Below, piece after piece: positions 8,422 through 17,736 of a stretch of 39,568 nt of DNA. Source of the stretch: a virus; IMG/VR virus record IMGVR_UViG_3300045988_155041; one strand, 5' to 3'. The notes under the pieces were generated by a model. The model saw only the letters and a program-made list of their open reading frames with translations, did not search any database and was not told the origin of the DNA. Position 1 is the first letter of the stretch. The number at the start of each line of letters is the position of its first letter. The position numbers and the translations under genes were made by a program.

Positions 8422-9806
8422 TTAAATCGCCGCAGCCAAAACAAAAGGAGTTTTTGCGCGCCAATGAAAAATACATAGGATTTGGCGGAGCTCGGGGCGG
8501 AGGAAAGTCTTGGGCTGTCAGAACTAAAGCGAAACTGCTCGCGGTAACATATCCGGGAATAAAAATTTTGATTGTCAGAAACACCTACAAGGAACTTATA
8601 AACAATCATATCGACCCACTTAGAGGGGAACTTCCAAAGGGTATGGCGCGGTATAACAATACGGAGAAAATCTTTAGATTCATAAACGGAAGTACGATAA
8701 ACTTCGGATACTGTAATAACGACAAGGACCTTAACCAATATCAGGGTGCGGAATACGACGTTATTTTTATAGACGAAGCGACTCAGCTTGACGAGGTGTG
8801 GCTTAAGAAAATAACAGCGTGTCTCAGAGGCGTTAATAATTTTCCCAAAAGAATTTATTATACAATGAATCCGGGAGGCAGAAGTCACGCCTACATAAAG
8901 CGATTGTTTATAACAAGACAGTACAAAGAGGGAGAACGGCCGGAGGATTATAAATTTATACAGTCTCTGGTAAGCGATAATCAAAAGCTGTTAAGAGAGC
9001 AGCCGGATTATCTGAAGCAGCTGGAGGCGCTGCCGCCTAAACTTAGAAAGGCGTGGCTTTATGGAGATTGGGATATTTTTGAGGGACAATTTTTTGAGGA
9101 GTTTAGAGATAGACCCGACCATTACGACGACAGAAAATGGACCCATGTAATAAATCCTCTGCCTCTTGATATGATTAGAAAAATGAATATCTACAGGTCT
9201 TATGATTTCGGATACGCCAAGCCGTTTTCGTGCGGCTGGTGGGGAATTGACGCCGACGGCGTGGCATACAGGCTTGCTGAATTATATGGCTGTAAGAGGG
9301 ACGAACCTAACGAAGGTGTGAAGTGGGACGCGGCAAAGCAATTTAAAGAGATACGAAAGATAGAAGAAGAACATCCGTATTTTAAAGGTAAGACCATTTA
9401 TGGTATAGCAGACCCTGCCATATGGGACGCTTCGAGAGGTGAAAGTATAGCGGATACGGCCGCAAAGGAGGGCGTTTATTTTACTCCGGGAGACAATAAG
9501 AGAATAGCAGGCTGGATGCAGGTTCATTACAGAATGGCATTTGACAGCGAGGGTTATCCAATGATGTATGTGTTCAACACTTGTAAGGCGTTCATAAGGA
9601 CTATACCGGCATTATGTTATTCTGAGACTCACGTGGAAGACGTGGACACGGATATGGAAGACCATATCGCGGACGAGACGAGATATTTTATGATGTCAAG
9701 GCCATTGTCTCCGAGGACAACGGAAGTAAACGCTATACCTGAATTTGACCCGTTAAATCTATATGAGGAAAAGAGAAAGGAACTGATAAGCTATGGAAGA
9801 CGTTAA
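8409..9806 (+). CDS. terL: Terminase large subunit
   Basis: Walker A FGGARGGGKSW, Walker B-like VIFIDEA, and C-terminal nuclease-like acidic motifs. Confidence 0.9.
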   Translation: MELVIKSPQPKQKEFLRANEKYIGFGGARGGGKSWAVRTKAKLLAVTYPGIKILIVRNTYKELINNHIDPLRGELPKGMARYNNTEKIFRFINGSTINFGYCNNDKDLNQYQGAEYDVIFIDEATQLDEVWLKKITACLRGVNNFPKRIYYTMNPGGRSHAYIKRLFITRQYKEGERPEDYKFIQSLVSDNQKLLREQPDYLKQLEALPPKLRKAWLYGDWDIFEGQFFEEFRDRPDHYDDRKWTHVINPLPLDMIRKMNIYRSYDFGYAKPFSCGWWGIDADGVAYRLAELYGCKRDEPNEGVKWDAAKQFKEIRKIEEEHPYFKGKTIYGIADPAIWDASRGESIADTAAKEGVYFTPGDNKRIAGWMQVHYRMAFDSEGYPMMYVFNTCKAFIRTIPALCYSETHVEDVDTDMEDHIADETRYFMMSRPLSPRTTEVNAIPEFDPLNLYEEKRKELISYGRR

Positions 9807-11631
9807 GAACACTGAAGAAGAAATTATTGTTCCGCCTATAGGAGAAAAGGAAATAAGGAAAGCGGACGAGACTTTGAAAAAATATAAGACCGGCAAGAAA
9901 AATTTAGAAAACAGGGTTGTTGAAAATGAGAAGTGGTGGAAACTGCAAGGTGAAAAGGCGCAAGGAATAAGCAATGATTTTGAAAGCTCCTCCGCGTGGC
10001 TTTTCAACTGTATTGTATCAAAACACGCGGATTCAATAGACGCTTATCCTGAACCTAACATATTGCCGAGGGAACAAGGAGACGTGGAGGAGGCTAAGAG
10101 ATTATCATCTATTCTTCCGGTGGTATTAAAGTACAATAAGTTTCTTAATACCTACAGCAAGGTGAGCTGGGCAAAGATTAAAAGCGGTACGGGAATATAC
10201 GGGATATTCTGGGACAAAAGCAAGTTGAACGGACTTGGAGATATCGCCATAGAAAAAATTGATATATTAAATCTGTTTTGGGAACCGGGGAAAACTGAGA
10301 TACAAGATAGCAAGAACATATTTTACGTATCTCTCGCTGATATCGAGGATATTGAAGCGGCGTATCCTTTTATGAAGGATAAAATAAAACCGAATGAAGC
10401 AGTTATAAAGGAGTATGCCTACGAAGATAACGTTGATACAAAAAATAAGGCTTTGATTGTGGATTGGTACTATAAGAAATATGATTTGGCTACGAGAAGG
10501 ACTGTCGTGCACTATGTAAAGTATTGTAACGAGACTTTGCTGTTTTCAAGTGAGAATGATAAAAACTACAGCAGAGGGTTTTACGAACATGGGAAATATC
10601 CGTTTGTTGTAGATAATTTATTTCCTCAAGAGGGAAGTCCGGCCGGATTCGGCTATATAGATATTTGCAAAAATCCGCAGAAATATATCGACTCTCTTGA
10701 TAAAGCCATACTTGATAACGCTCTGGCAGGCTCGACGGCTCGGTGGTTTGTAAGGGACGACGCGAATGTAAATGTGGAAGAATATCTTAATTTTGGAAAT
10801 CCGATAGTAAAAGTCGCCGGCGCGGGTTCTCCGTCGGATTCGGTTATGCCGATTCCCACACAAGGCCTTCCGTCGATATATTATCAAGTCCTCCAAGGCA
10901 AAATAGACGAATTAAAAGAAACATCGGGAAATAGAGACGTAAACAATGGGGGAACGCCGTCGGGGGTTACGGCGGCTTCCGCTATAGCGGCAATGCAGGA
11001 GCAGTCGGGCAAACTATCCCGCGACGCTAATAAGATGTCGTATGAGAAATTTGAGGAGCTGATTGAAATCTGCATTGAACTTATAAGACAGTTTTATAAT
11101 CTTGAAAGGCAATTTAGAATAATCGGAGAATCCGGCAGAGAGGAATTTATAAGCTATTCAAATGCTAATATAAAGCCTCAAGTGCAGCCTATAAGCATTG
11201 ACGGCTCAAAGGGATACAGAGTTCCCGTATTTGATGTAGACGTAACGGCTCAAAAGGAGAATCTATATACAAAAACCGCGTACAATGAGTTTGCCTTGCA
11301 AATGTATCAAAATGGCTTTTTCAATCCTGATATGGCCTCGCAGGCTTTGGCCGCGCTTAATATAATGGACTTTAAAGGAAAAGAACGAGTGAAAGAGGAT
11401 ATAGAGAGGAACTATACCTTACAGCAGCAGCTCATACAGTGGCAGCAAATGGCGATTACTCTCGCGGCAAAATATGAGCCGCAAATAGCGAACGGGTTAG
11501 CTTCGTCTCTTACAGGCCAGATTATGCCGACAGGCGCGGATGAGGCAGATATAAAGAATGTGGAGGCAAAAGAGGACGCGCGTGTAGCAAACGCGAGAGG
11601 AGCGGCGCAAGAAAGGACGAAACCGAGATGA
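9793..11631 (+). CDS. Portal protein
   Basis: 612 aa, immediately after terL. Its size, position and sequence character fit a portal. Confidence 0.8.
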   Translation: MEDVKNTEEEIIVPPIGEKEIRKADETLKKYKTGKKNLENRVVENEKWWKLQGEKAQGISNDFESSSAWLFNCIVSKHADSIDAYPEPNILPREQGDVEEAKRLSSILPVVLKYNKFLNTYSKVSWAKIKSGTGIYGIFWDKSKLNGLGDIAIEKIDILNLFWEPGKTEIQDSKNIFYVSLADIEDIEAAYPFMKDKIKPNEAVIKEYAYEDNVDTKNKALIVDWYYKKYDLATRRTVVHYVKYCNETLLFSSENDKNYSRGFYEHGKYPFVVDNLFPQEGSPAGFGYIDICKNPQKYIDSLDKAILDNALAGSTARWFVRDDANVNVEEYLNFGNPIVKVAGAGSPSDSVMPIPTQGLPSIYYQVLQGKIDELKETSGNRDVNNGGTPSGVTAASAIAAMQEQSGKLSRDANKMSYEKFEELIEICIELIRQFYNLERQFRIIGESGREEFISYSNANIKPQVQPISIDGSKGYRVPVFDVDVTAQKENLYTKTAYNEFALQMYQNGFFNPDMASQALAALNIMDFKGKERVKEDIERNYTLQQQLIQWQQMAITLAAKYEPQIANGLASSLTGQIMPTGADEADIKNVEAKEDARVANARGAAQERTKPR

Positions 11632-11975
11632 TAGAAGTAATGTACGAAAGGCCTGAAGGGAAAGAAGGAATGTTTAGCCTTAAACTAAAAGGGCACGCGT
11701 GTTACGGCGGAAAAGGCGGCGATATTGTCTGCGCCGCGGCTTCGTTTATGGCTCAGTCGCTTGCGTTTAGGCTTGAAGATAACGAGATTAGAAAAATAAA
11801 AACAGACCTTAATTCGGGGAATATACTGATTGAGTGCTGTTCTTTAGGTGAAACGGTAGAGAAGAAAATAAGGATAGAGGAAATCTTTGAGTTCGCGGCT
11901 GCGGGTCTTAAAGTCTTGTCTGAAAATTTTGAAAAAAATTTGAAATTTTCAAAAAAAGTTGGCCCACAGGGTTAG
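11628..11975 (+). CDS. prp: Prp-like cysteine protease (ribosomal-processing protease homologue)
   Basis: Catalytic dyad context KGHACYG ... DIVCAAAS. Sits between the portal and scaffold genes. Confidence 0.8.
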   Translation: MIEVMYERPEGKEGMFSLKLKGHACYGGKGGDIVCAAASFMAQSLAFRLEDNEIRKIKTDLNSGNILIECCSLGETVEKKIRIEEIFEFAAAGLKVLSENFEKNLKFSKKVGPQG

Positions 11976-11976
11976 A
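11952..11976 (+). promoter_or_regulatory. Conserved 25-nt motif, copy B (aaaaaagttggcccacaGGGTTAGA)
   Basis: Overlaps the prp stop codon. TTAGAG is followed after 17 nt by GATAAT. It lies 70 nt upstream of the scaffold ATG. Confidence 0.5.
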
Positions 11977-12045
11977 GAAAGCGAGAAGCATTAAGATAAT
12001 ATATAAATATAAAGGGTCGCGCCTTAAACGCAGAAAGGAAAAAAT

Positions 12046-12888
12046 ATGAAAAAAAGAAAGATAAACCTGCATTTGCTCGACGGGGCTGAAGCAGGTTCCG
12101 CAGAAGGAAACGCTCAGGTCGCGGAGAGCGGTAAGGCAGAGACAGATGACCGGGTCGCCGCCGGAGAGGGAGCGAAGTCGAGCTTTAAAGACCTAATCGA
12201 AGGAGAGTATAAGGCCGATTTTGAAAAAGAGATTAAAAGCAGAGTTGAAAAAAGACTAAAAAATTCGGGAGAAGCGGAAGCGAAGTTGAAGGCTCTTAAC
12301 CCGACGCTCGGTTTGCTTGCTAAACGATACGGATTAAATGCTGAAGCGCTTGACTACGAAGCCTTGTCGAAGGCTATTACCGAAGACGACGCGTATTATG
12401 AACAAGCCGCTATCGCGGCGGGCATGGATGTTCAGACATTCAAGAAAATGGAACAAATCAAAATGCAGAACGCTCAGCTTGAGGCGGAAGTAAGACGTAA
12501 TAGAGCTGAGGCGGAGCAAAGGGAGATGTTTAACGCTTTAGCCGCGCAAGAAGCGGACGTGAAAGCGGTTTATCCGGGGTTTAGTCTGAGCAATGAACTT
12601 GGCAATAAAGAATTTGCGAGGCTGGTATTTAATAACGTGCCGGTTAAGACGGCGTATGAGGTTGTCCACAGAGACGAAATTATAGGCGGGGCAATGCAAT
12701 TCACGGCGAAAAAGGTTGAAAAGCAGATTGTCGATAATATTTTGGCCGGACAGCAAAGACCAACCGAGCAGGGCCTTTCAAAACAGCCGGGAGTAGTTAC
12801 GAAAGTTGACCCAAGCAAACTTACTAAAGAACAAAGAGAAGATATAAGAAAAAGGGTAATGCGGGGCGAACGTATAACATTCGATTAA
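12046..12888 (+). CDS. Scaffolding protein
   Basis: Position between prp and the capsid gene. Charged, helical, Ala/Glu/Lys-rich. N-terminus MKKRKINLHLLDGA resembles a Prp cleavage leader. Confidence 0.65.
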   Translation: MKKRKINLHLLDGAEAGSAEGNAQVAESGKAETDDRVAAGEGAKSSFKDLIEGEYKADFEKEIKSRVEKRLKNSGEAEAKLKALNPTLGLLAKRYGLNAEALDYEALSKAITEDDAYYEQAAIAAGMDVQTFKKMEQIKMQNAQLEAEVRRNRAEAEQREMFNALAAQEADVKAVYPGFSLSNELGNKEFARLVFNNVPVKTAYEVVHRDEIIGGAMQFTAKKVEKQIVDNILAGQQRPTEQGLSKQPGVVTKVDPSKLTKEQREDIRKRVMRGERITFD

Positions 12889-12913
12889 GATTTCCCCGCG
12901 CATAGGAGGAAAT

Positions 12914-13978
12914 ATGGAAAAGATAAAAAGAAATTTGAATTTACAGCTGCTTGCGGAGCCTAACACGCAAACGACTACTACAACGGGGAGCGGCAATGAT
13001 TTGTCTGCTGAAATGAAGACATATTATGATACCGAGCTTATAGAAATGGCGGGGCCTCAGCTCGTGCATCATCAGTTCGGAATGCAAAAGCCGATTCCTA
13101 AAGGCAAAGGAAAGAAGATTGAGTTCAGGAAGTTTTCAAACTTTAAGAAGGCTACAACTCCTTTGACCGAGGGCGTAACGCCGGACGGAAGCAAGATGAA
13201 CGTTACCACTATTGAGAAAGAAGTGGCGCAGTACGGCGATTACGTAACCATTTCCGACGTGCTTGAGCTTACCGCCATTGATGATTTTATCTTAGAAGCT
13301 ACGAACAAGCATGGACAGAACGCCGGACTTACGCTTGACACGATATGTAGAAATGAGATTAACTCCGGCACGAATGTGAGGTACGCGCCGAAACTTGCAG
13401 ACGGAACCGAGACAGAGGTTACTAAGAGGGCTGATATGGACGCTACGTGCGTACTTACGCCGGATTTGGTGGCAAAAGCCGTCGCCGACCTCAAAGGCAA
13501 CAACGCTCCTAAAATAGATGGAAGCTACATAGCCATTATTCACCCGTTCGTAGCATACGACCTGATGAAAAGCAAGGAATGGATAGATGTAGCTATATAC
13601 GCGGATAAAGAGAGGATTTTTGAGGGAGAGATAGGAAAGCTGAGAGGCGTAAGATTTGTGGAGACAACCGAGGCGAAGATATGGAACGACGCCACTTGCC
13701 CTATCGCTAAGGCTGCTTCGGACCCTGACCCGGCGGAGTATTATTCGGTGTTTTCCACACTGTTTATAGGAAAGGACGCCTACGCTAACGTAGACGTTAA
13801 CGGTGGCGGACTTGAAGTTATCGTAAAGCAGAAAGGCTCCGCGGGTTCGGCGGACCCGTTAAACCAGAGGTCTACGGTAGGCTGGAAGGGCATATACGCG
13901 GCTAAAATACGGATACCTGAATATATCGTAAGAGTAGAGAGCGTATCCGCGTATAGCAAGACGGCGGAAGCTAACTAA
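12914..13978 (+). CDS. Major capsid protein (HK97-fold type)
   Basis: 354 aa with a strong RBS. Its position and sequence character fit a capsid protein (possibly the N4-gp56-like family, from memory). N-terminal leader MEKIKRNLNLQLLA. Confidence 0.8.
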   Translation: MEKIKRNLNLQLLAEPNTQTTTTTGSGNDLSAEMKTYYDTELIEMAGPQLVHHQFGMQKPIPKGKGKKIEFRKFSNFKKATTPLTEGVTPDGSKMNVTTIEKEVAQYGDYVTISDVLELTAIDDFILEATNKHGQNAGLTLDTICRNEINSGTNVRYAPKLADGTETEVTKRADMDATCVLTPDLVAKAVADLKGNNAPKIDGSYIAIIHPFVAYDLMKSKEWIDVAIYADKERIFEGEIGKLRGVRFVETTEAKIWNDATCPIAKAASDPDPAEYYSVFSTLFIGKDAYANVDVNGGGLEVIVKQKGSAGSADPLNQRSTVGWKGIYAAKIRIPEYIVRVESVSAYSKTAEAN

Positions 13979-13990
13979 CGAGGTGAGAAA

Positions 13991-14311
13991 ATGGATAAAG
14001 AAATATTAGAAAATACGCCGGAGATTCCGAAGGAAGAAAAAAGTTCCGCGAAAGAAGTTAAGGCGTCAAACAAAAGGACGGTAAAAGAATCGGCCGGAAA
14101 AGATGAATCAGAAACGATTTTTATACCGAAAGGCGGACGTAACGAAGAAAATTTCGTTATAGTTACGATAAACGGAAAACGCTGGAAAATACAAAGAGGC
14201 GTATCGGTTGAAGTCCCTAAATGCGTCGCTGAAGTGTATAAACACAGCCTTGCCCAGCAGGCCTCGGCGGACGAGTATTTGGATTCGATTGAAAACAATA
14301 ACGCACGGTAA
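13991..14311 (+). CDS. Small head-associated protein (function unknown)
   Basis: Follows the capsid gene and has a strong RBS. A terminator follows it. Confidence 0.45.
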   Translation: MDKEILENTPEIPKEEKSSAKEVKASNKRTVKESAGKDESETIFIPKGGRNEENFVIVTINGKRWKIQRGVSVEVPKCVAEVYKHSLAQQASADEYLDSIENNNAR

Positions 14312-14318
14312 AATCAGT

Positions 14319-14346
14319 AAAGCGGGCAAATTGCCCGCTTTATTAA
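14319..14346 (+). terminator. Intrinsic terminator after the head operon
   Basis: aaagcgggc aaatt gcccgcttt, followed by att. Confidence 0.7.
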
Positions 14347-14358
14347 ATAGGAGGAAAG

Positions 14359-14736
14359 ATGAAAACTATTAAGGCAATAATCGACTATGTAGATAGCGTA
14401 AAGCCGAATCAATATACGAAGGAACAAAAGATAGAGTGGCTTTCAGAAATAGATTATCAGATATTCAATGAGATAATATTGACTCACGCGCACGAGGAGG
14501 GCGCGTCGTTTGACGGATATAAGACCGGTGATGAAAATAAAGAACTTCTGGCGCCAGAACCGTACGCGAATCTTATATACACGTCTTATCTTGAGGCGAA
14601 GATAGATTATAATAACGCGGAGTATTCAAAGTTTAATAACTCAATGGTATTGTTTAACAACGCCTATGAAACATTCCACAAATTTTATAAAAGAAATCAT
14701 AGACCTTATCCTGAAAAATTAAAGGTTAAGTTTTAA
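14359..14736 (+). CDS. Hypothetical virion protein (possible head-tail adaptor)
   Basis: RBS aggaggaaag. Assignment rests on position only. Confidence 0.4.
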   Translation: MKTIKAIIDYVDSVKPNQYTKEQKIEWLSEIDYQIFNEIILTHAHEEGASFDGYKTGDENKELLAPEPYANLIYTSYLEAKIDYNNAEYSKFNNSMVLFNNAYETFHKFYKRNHRPYPEKLKVKF

Positions 14737-14748
14737 AGGGGTGAGAGA

Positions 14749-16485
14749 ATGTTATTTCCCATGCTGGACGAACAAAAGCAAAGCAGAAGCTATATACAAG
14801 CATTTAAAGGCTATAACAATAATTTAAGAATAAATGAAGATGAATTTAGCGACACAAGGAATATGACTTGTGAATTTTATCCTATTTTATCGACAAGGCG
14901 CAAGCGTTCGGTTAAAGCGTCGCTGATTGAGGGAAAAGGCCTTATAGCAAAGGACACTCTCGCGTGGATAGACGGCAATAAACTTTACTATAATGGCAAT
15001 GAAATAGAAGGTATTACGTTAAATAACCAAGAGCCTAAGCAGCTTTTATCTATGGGAGCTTATTTATGTATATTTCCGGATAAGATATATCTGAACACGA
15101 AAGACTTTACAGATTGCGGGTCCATGGAGGCGGCATACGAGACTGAGGAGAATGTGGTACTTACGTTATGTAAACAAGACGGTTCGGCGTATGAAAATGT
15201 AAGTATGAATGAACCGGAAGAACCTGAAAACGGAGATTTATGGCTCGATACGAGCGGAGAAAACCATATTCTGAAACAGTATTCCTCGACGACGGCAATG
15301 TGGGTACAAATTCCGACAGTTTACGTTAAAATCGAGGCTACAGGTATAGGAAAGAGGTTTGAGGAGGGAGACGGCATAAAAATATCCGGTCTTGAGCTCG
15401 CGGGAGTGCTGGAAAAACAAATAGAAGCGCTTAACGGAAGCAAGGTGATTCAAAGCAAGGATGATAACTATGTCGTTGTTATAGGAATTATAGACGAACG
15501 GGCGACGGTAAAGGGAATAACGGCGGAGAGAAGGCTGCCGGATATGGATTATATTACGGAGGCGGGAAACAGACTGTGGGGCTGTTTTTACGGAGTAGCG
15601 GACGGAAAGACCGTGAATGAGATATATTGCTGTAAGCTGGGAGATTTTAAAAATTGGTATTGCTATCAGGGCTTATCGACAGATTCTTGGGCCGGGTCTG
15701 TAGGAACAGACGGAGAATTTACCGGCGCGGCTACTCACCTTGGTTATCCTATATTCTTTAAAGAAGACTGTTTCCATAAAATATATGTATCGTCTCAAGG
15801 AGCACATCAAGTTGTTACCGTTAACGCGAGGGGAATACAAAAAGGTTCTTGGAGAAGCGCTGTTATAGTGAATGAAACTTTATTTTATAAATCAAGGACT
15901 GATATATGCGCGTACGACGGTTCTCTGCCTACAGGGTTATCAAATTCTCTTGGTGGCGGCAAGTATTTTAACGCGTCGGCGGGCGCTATAGGCTCAAGAT
16001 ATTATATTTCAATGGAAGATACAAACGGAAATTGGCATTTATTTGTATATGACATAGATAAAGGCATATGGATACATGAAGATAATTTAAAAGCGAGTTA
16101 TTTTGCTAAAAAAGATGATGAACTTTATGTCATTGCAGATAACAAGATTATAGCCATGCTTGGAAGCGAGGGCGAAGTTGAAGAAGATTTCGATTGGAAA
16201 GTGGACACGGGCAATATAGGCTACGATTCGCCGGATAAGAAGTATTTATCGAGGTTTAACTTGAGAATGAATATATCTCAAGGCACGGTAGTAAGAGCGT
16301 ATATTCAGTATGATTCTGACGGGATATGGGAGTCTAAAGGGACGGTAAAAGGCAATACTCTCGGAACGTTTACTCTGCCGATAGCTCCGAAACGCTGCGA
16401 CCACTGCAAGATACGGCTTGAGGGAAGCGGAGATTTTAAACTTTATTCGATTGCTAAAATATTAGAGGACGGAAGTGATGTCTGA
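14749..16485 (+). CDS. Large virion structural protein (tail/nozzle candidate)
   Basis: 578 aa, beta-rich, in the structural operon. No motif recognised. Confidence 0.5.
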   Translation: MLFPMLDEQKQSRSYIQAFKGYNNNLRINEDEFSDTRNMTCEFYPILSTRRKRSVKASLIEGKGLIAKDTLAWIDGNKLYYNGNEIEGITLNNQEPKQLLSMGAYLCIFPDKIYLNTKDFTDCGSMEAAYETEENVVLTLCKQDGSAYENVSMNEPEEPENGDLWLDTSGENHILKQYSSTTAMWVQIPTVYVKIEATGIGKRFEEGDGIKISGLELAGVLEKQIEALNGSKVIQSKDDNYVVVIGIIDERATVKGITAERRLPDMDYITEAGNRLWGCFYGVADGKTVNEIYCCKLGDFKNWYCYQGLSTDSWAGSVGTDGEFTGAATHLGYPIFFKEDCFHKIYVSSQGAHQVVTVNARGIQKGSWRSAVIVNETLFYKSRTDICAYDGSLPTGLSNSLGGGKYFNASAGAIGSRYYISMEDTNGNWHLFVYDIDKGIWIHEDNLKASYFAKKDDELYVIADNKIIAMLGSEGEVEEDFDWKVDTGNIGYDSPDKKYLSRFNLRMNISQGTVVRAYIQYDSDGIWESKGTVKGNTLGTFTLPIAPKRCDHCKIRLEGSGDFKLYSIAKILEDGSDV

Positions 16486-17735
16486 TGTTTATTGAAAGCC
16501 CCAAAATGGCGTCTACAGGAAGTGAAAAAAAGGACATAGAACAATTAAGGTCTTATTTATTCAGAATGTCAGAGCAGCTTAATCTGGCTTTGGAAAACGT
16601 AAACGGGACGGCTTTATATACTCAAAACGCGTCTCAGACAGGCGGGAGCGGGAGTTCTGACGGTAAGGACGTTTCTTCCGGCGCAATAAGTTATGACGAG
16701 TTGCGAAGTTTGATAATAAAGACCGCGAATGAAATTCATGTTGAAATGGATACGATTGTCACGGAACTTGAAGGAAAGTATGTGGCCGTATCGGACTTTG
16801 GAGTTTATAAAGAGGAAACTGACAGAAGAATAGAAGAAAACGCCAAGGGTACTCTCGATTATTTTACTTTTAAGCAGGAAATAAGCCCTAAAGTAGAAAC
16901 GCTTGAAAATGATGTCGCAACTGCCACAAATACAGCTAATGAAGCAGTGGAAAGAGCAGACGCCCTTGAAACTGATATTGAAAATGTATCTAACACGGCT
17001 AACGCGGCAGTGGAAAAGGCCGACGCTCTTGAGACCGACGTTGAGAATGTTTCCAACGCGACTAACGCGGTGACAGAAAGGACAGACGCCCTTGAAACCG
17101 ATATTGAAAATGTCTCCAACGCGACTAACGCGGTGACGGATAGGGCGAACGCAATCGAAAATACTATAAATGAACAACAGTCAGGGCTTAACGAGATATC
17201 GCAAAGGGTATCTGGCGCTGAGGCCGATATAACAGCAAGCCAGCAAGCTATCAGGGACAACGAAGCGTTGATAAAAAGCGAAGAACAAAAAAGAGAAGAA
17301 GAAATCGCGAGAACTGATAATGAAATAGAGGCCTTAAAGGAAAACGTCGATAGCATAAGCGATAAACTTGGAAAGTATCAGGTGAATACAGAGCAATTTA
17401 TAAGAACGGGGCTGTTGTATTACGAAAAGGCCGTCATTGACGGAGTAGAGGTTTCTATACCGAGAATCGGCGTCGCTATAGGTGAAAATTTAACAACAAT
17501 AACGATAGAAGACCCTGAAACCGGAGAGAAAAAAGAGGTATTAAGCAGACAAGGATTATATACGACGTATACCTCGGATAAATTGAGCTTTTATCTTAAT
17601 GACGTTGAAGTAGCTTATATATCTAATGGCAAACTATACATATCTGAAGCGGAAATATTTGGCTTTAAATTAAAAACAGGTAAATGGCTCGTAAATACAG
17701 AAAGCGATTATTGGAATTTAGAATGGGAGGGATGA
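16485..17735 (+). CDS. Coiled-coil fibre/needle-like protein with 21-aa tandem repeats
   Basis: Start/stop overlap with the upstream gene. Contains a repeated ADALETDIENVSNATNAVTER unit. Confidence 0.6.
   Translation: MFIESPKMASTGSEKKDIEQLRSYLFRMSEQLNLALENVNGTALYTQNASQTGGSGSSDGKDVSSGAISYDELRSLIIKTANEIHVEMDTIVTELEGKYVAVSDFGVYKEETDRRIEENAKGTLDYFTFKQEISPKVETLENDVATATNTANEAVERADALETDIENVSNTANAAVEKADALETDVENVSNATNAVTERTDALETDIENVSNATNAVTDRANAIENTINEQQSGLNEISQRVSGAEADITASQQAIRDNEALIKSEEQKREEEIARTDNEIEALKENVDSISDKLGKYQVNTEQFIRTGLLYYEKAVIDGVEVSIPRIGVAIGENLTTITIEDPETGEKKEVLSRQGLYTTYTSDKLSFYLNDVEVAYISNGKLYISEAEIFGFKLKTGKWLVNTESDYWNLEWEG
16914..17175 (+). repeat. In-frame 63-nt tandem repeat, about 4 copies
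   Basis: Full units at 16956..17018, 17019..17081 and 17082..17144, with partial units on both sides. Confidence 0.85.
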
Positions 17736-17736
17736 T

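Noticed and set aside
8148-8984. 278-aa ORF on the minus strand
   Set aside because: It is entirely antisense to the well-supported terminase large subunit gene. It has no RBS and a low-complexity Ser/Leu/Phe-rich translation typical of a shadow ORF.
16614-17356. Two long minus-strand ORFs (187 aa and 165 aa)
   Set aside because: They are antisense to the fibre gene and are produced by its 63-nt tandem repeats. Their translations are repetitive and not protein-like.
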